From Eledone cirrhosa (taxonomy: Eukaryota), in the NCBI GenBank assembly GCA_964016885.1, contig OZ024740.1:95852001-95916000 (forward strand): a stretch of 64,000 nt of DNA. Direction: 5' to 3'. The position numbers and the translations under genes were made by a program. A model generated the notes under the pieces. That model saw only the letters and a program-made list of their open reading frames with translations, had not been told where the DNA came from and did no database searches. Each line of letters starts with the position of its first letter. The first letter of the stretch is position 1. Below are positions 53,070 to 64,000 of this stretch, in pieces.

Positions 53070-56000
53070 GGGCGGGTAAAATTTCCGAGATCCATGGACG
53101 AGTTCTCTCTAGCGGTCTGTTTCCCTCATTATCGCTGCCATGTCATGCGTCTCCAGCAGACCAGTGTCTGTCCTTAGGGCATCAAAATACGTCAACCTTG
53201 GTCTTCCTCTTCCAGGGTGTCCATATAGGGGCACCCACAGGTGCAATGAGTGCAGTGTGAACTCTGGATGTCGGTGAGCATGTCCAACTAACATCAGTCT
53301 CCCCTGTGTCACTTTTGAACTGACTTTTGGGAGGCTCCCATACAGCTCTGAGTCTTTCATCCTCAGTGTATACTGATTAATGTTCAGAGCCATCCTCAGC
53401 ATTCTCGTGTAGCACCCATCCACCATATGAGCGAGTTTCTTTGTCAGTGTCCAAGTTTCAGACCCGTACAGCAGCACAGACTCCACTACAGCAATGAAGA
53501 GGCGGATTTTCAGGACTTTACGAAGGTCTGAATTCCACACCGATCTCAAGCTGTGGCACGCTGCCCAGGCTTTGCTATTCCTCTCAACCACATCATCTTC
53601 CGTATTCCCAATCTTTGCTCCCAAATACAGGAAGTCCTCAACCAATTCTAGCGGCTTGCCGCCTGCATTAGTAATCCTTTCAAGCTTCTCAAAATTCTCT
53701 GCAAGATATTTTGTTTTAGTCTCATTCATTCTCATCCCCACACTCATCGGTACAGTCTCAACCTCCTGCATCAAATCCTCTGCCTCCTTCACTGTATTTG
53801 TCACCAAAACTATGTCGTCGGCAAATTCAGCATCTGATATTTTTTTCGCCTTAACTCTCTTGCTCTGAGCCAGTGCTACAGTAAAGCCAGAGTCCTGGTG
53901 TTTCTCCAGTGCAAGGCGCATACAATAGTCCACTACGATGATAAAAAGGTAGGGAGCCAATGTATCTCCTGGAGCACTCAAGAAGTATCTAAAAGAACTC
54001 TGTCATCCCATCACATGTAATAACTTGGGCTTTGGTGTTGGTGTAGAGCAGTGATATCAGGTCCACTATCTTCTTGTGGATTCCATAAGCCTGTAAGATG
54101 TTCATCAGGCAGTGACGGTCCACAGAATCAAAGGCATTCTTATAGTGAATAAAAACCATGACTGCAGGAAGGCACTTTGCTCTAGCTCCCTCTAATATCC
54201 TCCTCAGCATCAGGATGTGACTGATGGTTGACCTTCCCTTTCTGAAGCCGTTCTGGTTGTCCCTGAGCTTTTTCTCCATCTCAGGATGGATCCTGTTGAG
54301 GGTCTTTGCCACAAGTAACGTCAGTGAGATCCTCCTGTAGTTGTTGGTGTTAGAGAGATCTCCCTTCTTTGGCACTGGGACGATGTTACTGCTCATCCAC
54401 TGATTCGGGACAACTCCTTTCTCCAGAGCCTGGTTACAGAACGCCAGGATGATATCATCAAAATCACATCACTTCTGCTGCCACTCCATCTTCTCCATGA
54501 GCCTTGCCATCCTTCATCTTCTTATTCGCTCTCTGAAGCTCCTCTCTGGTGAAGGGCGCTCTCTCTCAATATCTAGTTCATCAAACAGTCGCCTGATCTC
54601 TCCAGTGCTCTGGGCTGTGGAGGGTGGATATCCTAGTAGGGTCCTAAAATGGTCTAGCCATTTCCTCTTTCTATCCTCGGGCTGTGTTCCCTGGATCTGA
54701 TTCGAACACCTTCTCTTCCTCCCTGTGATCTTGTTGATGATCATCCAACTCTCCTTACATCAAAGACCTGTCAACCGCTCTCTCCACGCTTCTGATCTTC
54801 TCTATCAGTGCTTCCTCTCTGACCTCAGTGTAAGCGGTACAGAGTTCATCCCTCATCACCTCCACAACCTCCATTCTCTCCTCCGTAGGATCAGCATAAA
54901 ATTGGTCCTTGGCAGCTTTCAGGTGTACTCTGGCTGCACACACTTTTGGGTCTGCAGAGCTGACCTGCTTCCTTTTGTTCTTTCTTCTCGGCACCAGGGT
55001 CTCACTTGCTTTCGCCACTGCATTGGTGAAGTGCCCGTACCTCCTCGTCACACTCTCCTCAGTCCATCCAATCTCTCTCTCCTCTGTCTCTCCACACAGA
55101 GCACTGAACCTCTTCCTCACTTTCACTGGGAACCTCTCCTTTAGCTTATCATCTTCCTTGAAATCTCCCCAGTCATAGATTGCTCTCCAGGGCTGAGCCT
55201 TGCTCTTTCTTAAGCACACCCGGACCTCACTCATAAAAGCCGATGGTCACTACCCAGTGTACTTAAATAGTTGTATCGTTCAGTGTTCATAACACTATTC
55301 CGCCAGAATGAAATCAATCCTCACCAAAATGAAATGATTCTGGGACTTGGACATGTGCATATCTGAAATGTAGGTCCTCATCTTCCCCTGATTCTTCCTA
55401 AACCTTAGGTTGGTCACTATCAAGTTCGGTGTCTCTCAAGACTCTTCTATTTTGGTTGGTGTTGTTATGGAAGTACCAGCAAGGATCTTCACAGCCTTCC
55501 TTACACAGGTGTGCATTGAAGTCCCCCGAAATAAGCAGGATGTTGTGATTGTGGTGTTGACAGCTCTACACACCTCCTTATGGAACTCTTCCGCATTCAC
55601 ATGACTGTCTCCCTCGGTTGAACTATAGGCTGAGATGAGTGTCAGTCTTTGGTTTCCATTGAAGGTCCCCCTCATCACTCAGAGGGAGACAGGCATTATC
55701 TCCCTCACCAATAGACTAGTTATTGTGCTGAAAACAAAACCCACTCCTCCTACTGCAGCATTGGTCATGTTCCTCACTGCCGATGTGGTGATGAGCTGGC
55801 TCATCTTCCCAATCATCACACTCCTCACGGGCTCATCTTATAGGATCCTGTGTTCTTGGATCGCAAGTAGCTGTATACCACTCTCCTCGAACAGATGTCC
55901 TAACTCCTCTCTCTTCTCAAGCGTCCGAATAGTCCTCACATTCAAAATGCCAATTTTGATGGTTCTTCTGCAGGATAAAACTGCATTCTTTATATTTGTC

Positions 56001-56350
56001 TCAGAGAGAGCTGATCCATCATCCACTGCCCCCCCCCCCTCCCCCGTGGCTCTAAGCCAACGGAGTCATAACGACCTGACTGCTCCTTGACAGTGTAATT
56101 AGGGGCTCTAACCCTAGAGCTGTTAGATAGACTCTCCATATTTATTTTCAATGACTGATAATACCTTACCGGCGCCACTCGAATAAGGTAGTTATTTAAC
56201 ACATAAATGGGGCCCTAACAGGTACTACTACGCCGGGCCAGAGCAGACCTGGTTGTTATGACAACTAATGGGTGACTCCACATTCCCCACAGCTCCTGAA
56301 CTCCCGAACTGGAGCCTTGCCACTGGATGTAGTTTAATGTCATACCCAGG

Positions 56351-56353
<3 letters not shown>
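53070..56353 (-). mobile_element. RTE-group (RTE-X-like) LINE, near full length, frameshifted APE+RT
   Basis: IGILNVRT..IQEHR, FNGN..TLISAYS, IVPVPKKGDLS...NYRRISL, NQNGFRKGRST, GDTLAPYLF, EFADD, LLYGSETWTL; 5' UTR ends at (TA)n near 56353. Confidence 0.85.
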
Positions 56354-56379
<26 letters not shown>

Positions 56380-56389
<10 letters not shown>

Positions 56390-56891
56390 CAGATTAAAGT
56401 TTAAGCAAAGAATCGCTGCCTTCAACCATAACAGCATCTTCTGAAACTGAAAAAAATCAATCTCTGAACTCAAAAGTAAATATTTCGAAAAGCGTTGCAA
56501 CCGAAGGAAAACAGGGAGCCGATACATTGGTTCATGAAGACGTTCCCTGCCAAAGAAAGGAAAATAGCGAAGATAATACGTCAGCAATGAGAACTATGTT
56601 TTCATAATGTCGTAATGCAGCAGCCAGACATACAGACAGACAGCATAAGGGCGCGACGTTATAGCTATGTATCGATCTAAACAGACAGACTAAGAAAGAG
56701 AGAGAGAGAGAGAGAGATCGCTAAACAGCGCTCAAACACCCGTTTAACAAAAGAACATTATAAACTAAAAGCTGCTGTTAATATCTTTAGAGCGCAAGGA
56801 ATATATAAATGTAAGTTTGAAGTCAATCGGAGAAGAAATGTGGATTTGTATAGACTTTGCAAAAATTAGGACACACACACAGACAATTTCA

Positions 56892-56900
<9 letters not shown>
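56380..56900 (-). mobile_element. Possible Helitron-type non-autonomous element 5' end
   Basis: The - strand begins tatataaaactgaaattgtctgtgtgtgtgtcc...ccgattgacttcaaact, resembling invertebrate Helitron-N 5' ends. Confidence 0.4.
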
Positions 56901-56930
<30 letters not shown>

Positions 56931-57961
56931 ATGTGTGTGTGTATGGGTGCGTGTGTGTGCGTGTGTGTGTCTGTGTAAGTTTAAGCCGTAAAGCTATATA
57001 TAAGGGACAAGGCAAAAATGCACTAGCATGATTATGAAGAGTTTATATGCACGAATATTTGTGATTTTAATTCTCTCAGGAAACAAGACCATATCCCTTC
57101 CTCTCATATATGACGTCTTACTTCTCCTGTAGGTACAATGGTTGATGTAAACCTAGTTGTATTTGATGTGCAATTTTTGTTGTTCTTTTGTTATCGTTGT
57201 CGAGGTCAAATGTGTCAATCATTTAAATGAAAACAATCACGGGGATAAAGCCAACTACGATATTTTGGTGACGATGTTGCAACAAATAACAACAACGGAG
57301 AAACTGAAACATGAATATGTTGGCTTAAAGAACAACCAGCAATGTCTTAATATCTAAATAAACATATATATATATGTGTGTGTGTGGGTGTGTGTGTGTG
57401 TGTGTGTGTGCGTATGTGTGTGTGTGTGTGTGTGTGTGCGTGTGTGTGAGTGTGTGTGTGTGTGTATGTGCGCGCGCGCGTGTGTGTATAGTGTTGATTT
57501 TAACTCTTCTGTTGTGATGTCACAATTGCCTGGAAAGCTTCTAATTTCCTCTGTCTATAGCACAGTTTTCATATCCACCAATGATTTAATTCCCAAGGTG
57601 TTAAACAATTTAACAGTTTCAACTTTCTACTATCTTAAACTTTACACTTATTGTTTTAAATCTTTCGTATGTGTTTTCCAATCCATACCTTCATTTCTTA
57701 CAATCATTTACCGTATTGCTATATCTTACATTTCCATACGTTCTCATATAAAATGTATTTTATGTCTGGTGTTTCGTTTTGAATTCATTTGAAATATGTA
57801 CGGTATTACACTTGCGGTTATCTGATGAAAGCTGACGGAATGCAAAAGCATCATCATCGTCAACATTAGTATTGCAAGTAGTAGTCGTATTAGTAGTAGT
57901 AGTAGCTCAAAAGCAACATAATTAGGAATATTTGTATGACGTACACACGTACACAAACACA

Positions 57962-58134
<173 letters not shown>

Positions 58135-58152
58135 ATGTGTGTACCATAATAT

Positions 58153-58190
<38 letters not shown>

Positions 58191-58196
<6 letters not shown>

Positions 58197-58415
58197 ATAT
58201 TAAATAAATGGAAACTATATTTATAAAACCATATTTGTTCTATTGTATATATTTCAAGGGTACCAAAAATGTTGGTACGCTATCATCAGATAAAATACAA
58301 AATGTTTAATAAATATTTGACATGACCAAGGATAATATACCTTAACGTTTCAAGTTATCCCTGGAAATTCTTTCCAGGGATAACTTGAACCGTTAAGGTA
58401 TATTATCCTTGGTCA
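58191..58415 (-). mobile_element. Short hammerhead-bearing pLTR-like element: 93-bp 5' palindrome, hammerhead, AT-rich 3' end abutting (TA)n
   Basis: Palindrome at 58323-58415; its 3' ~110 bp are homologous to 63756-63866. Confidence 0.7.
58236..58297 (-). ncRNA. Minimal type I hammerhead motif, probably decayed
   Basis: tattttat/CTGATGA/..gtaccaa-catt-t-ttggtac../GAAA/tatata/CA/atagaaca; the expected UH is CA and the stem II base is mismatched. Confidence 0.55.
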
Positions 58416-58898
58416 GCTACAAACATCTATATTTGTTGGATTTCGAACACATTAAATATCCCTTCTGCATATATATATATATATATATATTTATACATAT
58501 ATATATATATGAGTATATGTAAGTGTGTGTGTGTGTGTATGTATATTAATACGCACATTATTTTGTTGATGTATATATCATCGACATAGACGATTGCGGC
58601 GTTTGTGTTCATAATTTTCGGTGGTTATGGTGGTTGTGGTATGTCAGTGACTGTACCGATGCTGAGAGTGTAATTTTTGTTTAACATTGCTTACAATTTG
58701 TTATCACACCATCGTAGTTGTTGGTGCTGTCTATTTAATGTACCTCACCTAATGCACTTTTATAAGCATTTCCATTCATTGCATGGTTATTGCAAGTCAC
58801 GAATGCAACATTTATCACATTTACTGCTGCAAATTCCCTGACTGAATCAGGAAGTTCATGTGGCGTTGAAACAGTTCATGGCCATGTGTCATCAAATT

Positions 58899-58930
<32 letters not shown>

Positions 58931-58973
58931 AATATATATATATATATTTACATATACATTTATATATATATTT

Positions 58974-59005
<32 letters not shown>

Positions 59006-59077
59006 TTATATTTATAGTCATTTATATGTATGAATTACTGTTGGCTTCTTGCTCGCATTAATTTCTCAATTTTCATT

Positions 59078-59189
<112 letters not shown>

Positions 59190-59217
59190 AAAAATAGAGG
59201 TGTAATACACAAGTTAT

Positions 59218-59697
59218 TATATATTGGTAAACGGAATAGAAAATGCTGACAAATTGTTCACAGTTGAAAAATGGTTTAATTAGGAATAAAAGAGTATTAG
59301 TGATTGTATGGGTTAGTATTCAGTTGTGGTTTTAAGTTTTGAAGTTTTTACCGGTTGCGCATTTCTAAATGCTTTTCAAAAATAATTTTGAGATAGAGTG
59401 TCCGTGCTGTTTGCTCTGATCTGATTAGTTTTGTGAATTCTACCTGTTTTTATGTTAAAAAAGTGGCTCCAGCGTTATTTTTGTGTTGCAAAAATGCTTG
59501 TGGTCAAAACAATTTTGATTGGTCGGTAGCGGTCATGTGAATATAAAAAGGTTGATTTTGCGCCAAGACTGTTTTTATGTTAAAAAAGTGGCTCCAGCAA
59601 AAATTCTTGGTCAAAACAATTTTGATTGGTCGGTAGAGGTCATGTGGATAAAAAATTGGTTTTGCGCCAAGATTGAGAAATGACTCTTTCACAACAA

Positions 59698-59751
<54 letters not shown>

Positions 59752-59786
59752 TAGTAGTAGTAGTGAGGTGTTCGATGCTGCGACAA
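59218..59786 (-). repeat. Left inverted pLTR copy (reverse complement of ~62648-63206)
   Basis: Matches the right arm with few substitutions apart from (GT)n and (GTA)n lengths. Confidence 0.92.
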
Positions 59787-62020
59787 GTGCAGAACCAACA
59801 CCCAACCTTATCAACTCACTCTCCAAAGGTCTTAAATTCACACCGCCCCCACTACGTCCTAACTACTATGAAATGAAGGAAGACATCACAGACTTCTGTA
59901 GAAAGTTACGACTTAGTGAACAACTATTCGACCAGTACAATGAGGATGAATCATTAGCCAGAAATAGAAGCAATTACACCCCCTCAAAAGGTAGAAATAA
60001 AATCCTGGACGAATTCTGTGAACACATCACAAACTTCCCGTACCAACACTTGCACAGACAAAAACACAAGCCAAACCTCAACAAGAAAGAATGGGAAGAA
60101 TTAAATAGATTAAAAACCGACAGAACCATTACAATTAAAGAGGCTGATAAAGGGAGTACAGTAGTCCTAATGGAGACAGAATTCTATATCAACTTAGCGC
60201 TCTCCACTTGGGAAAACGAAACATACTACGAAAAGGCTGAACACTACAATCAACAGAAAATTATGAGAAACCTAAAAGCTCTAATCAACCAATACAAAGA
60301 AGGACTCACTAACAAGGAATTCAGCTTCATCACATACTTCACAAGTAAATCCAGCCTTTTCTACGGTATCCCTAAAGTACATAAAAGCGAATCAATCAGT
60401 AAGGCATGCAAGGAAGCCACAGACATAGACATCAATGTCCCCTCACCCAATGATCTCAAATTAAGACCTATAATAGCAGGCCCCGCTTGCGAAACGCACC
60501 GTCTTAGCAACTTCAGTGATACCCTTCTCAAACCCTTCCTCAAGCACATCAAAAGCTATATAAGGGACGACCTAGATATGCTCAATCACGTCCCTAATAT
60601 GCCACTTTCTCAACAAACCCTACTAGTGACGTTCGATGTAGTCAACTTATACTCCAACATCCCCCACAACCTAGGAATAGAAGCTATCCAATTCTGGCTG
60701 GATAATTTCCTCAATGAACTCCCACAACGCATCAAAAAAGAATTCGTGATAGAGGGACTCAAATTTATCTTGGAGAACAATTACTTCGTTTTCAATAACA
60801 AACCCTACAGGCAGAAATCTGGGACCGCTATGGGAACGAAAACAGCCCCTACTTATGCCAACCTAGTCATGGGATATCTAGAAATCACCCTCTACACTAA
60901 AGTTCTAAACAAATTTGGAAACATCCTCCACTTACACATTGAAAGGAACTGGAAGCGATATCTAGATGACTGCTTCATCCTTTGGCACGAAAACATCGAA
61001 ACACTTAAAGAATTTCACACCCTTATAAATGTGCTCAACACAAATATTAACTTCACGATGGAATACAGCCATCAACAACTCCCCTTCCTCGACATCCTCA
61101 TTAAGATCCATAACAAAAAAATAGAAACAGACATATACTACAAGCCCACAGACTCCAAGCAATATCTCCCCTTCAACTCTTGCCACCCTAGACACGTTAA
61201 AATTAATATTCCCTACAATTTAGCCAAGAGAATCTGTACTATAGTCTCCAATAAAAACATCTGCTACTTACGGCTACAAGAACTAAAGGACACACTCATA
61301 GGCAGGGACTACCCTGCATCACTAATTGACAATGGAATCCAACGTGCCCTAAAACTCAGTACCCAGGACCTTAGACACCCTAAAGTAAATCAACCAAAAC
61401 TAAAAGCTCTTCCATACATCTCCACTAACAACCCCCTCAACAATGAGGCCTTTGACACCATCCTCCAGAACATCCCTGTATTGAAAAAGGACCATAGAAT
61501 GAACCAAATCCTACGAACACACGATATCATAAAGAGCAAAAGACAATCCAAGTCAATGAAAAACATCTTAACACATGCCAAAGTACTGCCAACCACAACA
61601 ACGAAACCCACAGTAAAAAAATGCGATAGACCCAACTGTGGCCTTTGCATCAACCTAATAGAGGGTTCGGAATTCTATTTCAAAGATGGACAACGTATTA
61701 TAGTAAAACACAATTTCTCATGTGCATCGGAAAATCAAATATATGTATTAACTTGTTCAGGTTGTCGAGAACAATACATAGGCCAGACCAAAGACAGCCT
61801 CCGCCAACGCATGACTGTCCATATATCCCAAATTAAAATACGGGAATACAGGAAAATACCACTGAGTGAACACATTGATACCTGTGCCGCCCAAAATCAT
61901 CCCAACTTCAGAATCTTTCCCCTCTACAAATTTAAAGATAATGCCACCCACACCCAGCGCATCATCAAGGAATCTTACTTCATTAACAAATACGGACCCC
62001 GTCTAAACACTTCTCCCTAA
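59787..62020 (+). CDS. PLE reverse transcriptase + Cys linker + GIY-YIG endonuclease (open frame, native N-terminus missing)
   Basis: LSKGLKFTP, IKEADKG, FYGIPKVHK, LRPII, TFDVVNLYSNIP, GTAMGT, RYLDD, LPFLD, YYKPTD, CDRPNCGLC, QIYVLTC..C..QYIGQT. Confidence 0.9.
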
Positions 62021-62536
62021 GACGAACCCACAACATACACACGTCAACATACATACCTATATCAGCACAAATCTCTACCCACATATAAACACAATGACAC
62101 ACGTAAACACACATGCTCTATGGTGCAATACAAAAAAATATATGTGCATATATATGTATGTATATGTGTATATATATGTATATATGTAGTGAATATATGT
62201 ATGTGTATATATATATATAGTGAATATCATTTCACACCTTTTATTGTTAAGATTTTTGATGTTCTATTAAGAGAACCGATTTTACTGAAAAAATCGAATA
62301 ATGTACACCATTTTACCAGGGGGGAAAAAAATACTGGTCCCCCCCCCCACACACACACATATATACACAAACACATACACACGCGTACATCAACATACAA
62401 AGAGACTTATACACACACACACACACACACACACGCACTTCTCCGTATAAGACAAAAGCTGAAAAATATCTTTTGACATGCTAAAATACACCCCATTGCT
62501 TTCAGACACATTCTTACTGACCATCGAATTACTCTG

Positions 62537-62600
<64 letters not shown>

Positions 62601-62678
62601 ACACACACTTATCTTAATAGCCATTTGACACACATCGCTGCCAGCCATTGTCGCAGCATCGAACACCTAACTGCTACT

Positions 62679-62714
<36 letters not shown>

Positions 62715-63042
62715 ACACACACGCATATTTGTTGTGAAAGAGTCATTTCTCAATCTTGGCGCAAAACCAATTTTTTATCCACATGACCTCTACCGACCAA
62801 TCAAAAATGTTTTGACCAAGAATTTTTGCTGGAGCCACTTTTTTAACATAAAAACAGTCTTGGCGCAAAATCAACTTTTTACATTCACATGACCTCTACC
62901 GACCAATCAAAATTGTTTTGACCACAAGCATTTTTGCAACACAAAAATAACGCTGGAGCCACTTTTTTAACATAAAAACAGGTAGAATTCACAAAACTAA
63001 TCAGATCAGAGCAAACAGCAAGGACACTCTATCTCAAAATTA

Positions 63043-63079
63043 TTTTTGAAAAGCATTTAGAAATGCGCAACCGGTAAAA
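63043..63079 (+). ncRNA. Variant hammerhead-like motif in the PLE 3' repeat (second copy at 59346-59382, - strand)
   Basis: ttt/TTGAAAA/gcattt-ag-aaatgc/GCAA/ccgg/TA/aaa: U3-A8 core, GCAA instead of GAAA, weak stem I. Confidence 0.45.
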
Positions 63080-63197
63080 ACTTCAAAACTTAAAACCACA
63101 ACTGAATACTAATCCATACAATCACTAATACTCTTTTATTCCTAATTAAACCATTTTTCAACTGTGAACAATTTGTCAGCATTTTCTATTCCGTTTA

Positions 63198-63230
<33 letters not shown>

Positions 63231-63233
<3 letters not shown>

Positions 63234-63342
63234 AACCAGTAAGACCCCAACGGCTGAGCGCAAGCCGTTTCAACGGCTAATTCAGTCCAGAATTAGCCGT
63301 CGAAACGGTTTGAGCTCAGCCGTCGGGGTCTTACTGGTTCCT
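63231..63342. repeat. 112-bp GC-rich palindrome inserted in (TA)n
   Basis: aggaaccagtaagacccc...ctaattc-agtcca-gaattag...ggggtcttactggttcct; 53-bp arms with a few mismatches. Confidence 0.92.
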
Positions 63343-63358
63343 TACCACATTTCCTTCG

Positions 63359-63424
<66 letters not shown>

Positions 63425-63427
<3 letters not shown>

Positions 63428-63598
63428 AAAAAGAGATGAAATCGAAAATGCAACAGGAGTCTTATTTTTTTTTTAAATATACATATTTATTTGCTTCCTT
63501 TACCGGTTTCGCAGTTCTTCTGCTTTTCAAAAGGTGAGTCGAGATGGAGGGTATGTGGTTTTTCTCACATCAGATGTGAGAAAAACCACATACCACCT
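63425..63598 (-). mobile_element. Short hammerhead-bearing element between (TA)n tracts: 45-bp 5' palindrome, U3-A8 hammerhead, AATAAA
   Basis: Palindrome at 63550-63594; hammerhead at 63497-63534; aataaa follows on the - strand. Confidence 0.7.
63497..63534 (-). ncRNA. Minimal type I hammerhead, U3-A8 variant
   Basis: cctt/TTGAAAA/gcag-aagaa-ctgc/GAAA/ccgg/TA/aagg; stems I and II are perfect, stem III is palindromic. Confidence 0.65.
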
Positions 63599-63604
63599 TA
63601 TATA

Positions 63605-63757
<153 letters not shown>

Positions 63758-63797
63758 GATATTAAATAAATGGAAACTATATTTATAAAACCATATT

Positions 63798-63863
63798 TAT
63801 TTCATTATATATATTTCAGGGATATCATATTAAAAATATGTTATGCCTTCTTCAGACAAAATA
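63798..63863 (-). ncRNA. Minimal type I hammerhead ribozyme
   Basis: tattttgt/CTGAAGA/agg-c-ata-a-catatt...aatatg-a-tat-c-cct/GAAA/tatata/TA/atgaaata. Confidence 0.7.
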
Positions 63864-64000
63864 CAATATAAACAGTCTTATAAATAGATAGATTCGACAT
63901 ACCTTTCAACTTCGACTTCTATTTGAAAAGTTGATTTTCAAATAGAAGTCGAAGTTGAAAGGTATGTCGAATCTATCTATTTATAAGACTGTTTATATTG
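63864..64000. repeat. Perfect palindrome of at least 137 bp (66-bp arms, 5-nt loop), running to the window edge
   Basis: caatataaacagtc...atttgaaaa-gttga-ttttcaaat...gactgtttatattg. Confidence 0.95.

Noticed and set aside
59702-59786. MCVCVCV...SSSS N-terminus of the 772-aa ORF
   Set aside because: It comes from the inverted pLTR (GT)n/(GTA)n and is only fortuitously in frame with the truncated PLE ORF.

Overview
Eukaryotic (animal) intergenic or intronic DNA made almost entirely of transposable elements and microsatellites. I could not support any host gene, tRNA, rRNA or CRISPR array. The AT-rich (TA)/(CA)/(TAA) microsatellite landscape and the SINE and RTE tail fragments resemble cephalopod (octopus-like) genomes, but that is inference only. 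Layout: (1) 1-3.6 kb, a near-intact L1/Tx1-type ORF2 with one frameshift. (2) 3.6-22.3 kb, a head-to-tail array of six R4/Dong-type RT+RLE retrotransposons from two families, separated by (TAA)n and bounded by a 1.7-kb (TTTTTA/TTTTTC)n tract. (3) 24-57 kb, old RTE, RTE-X, Tx1, Helitron, SINE, MITE and possible piggyBac relics. (4) 58-64 kb, a Neptune-type Penelope-like element (RT + GIY-YIG) with ~560-bp inverted repeats. The most notable signal is a set of short non-coding elements in (TA)n tracts that share one architecture: a 5' fold-back palindrome, a type I hammerhead ribozyme (including U3-A8 core variants) and an AT-rich 3' end. One has a retrozyme-like 544-bp partial tandem structure. 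The Dong-A 5' UTR also carries a candidate spliceosomal intron. All ribozyme and family calls were made by eye, without database searches.
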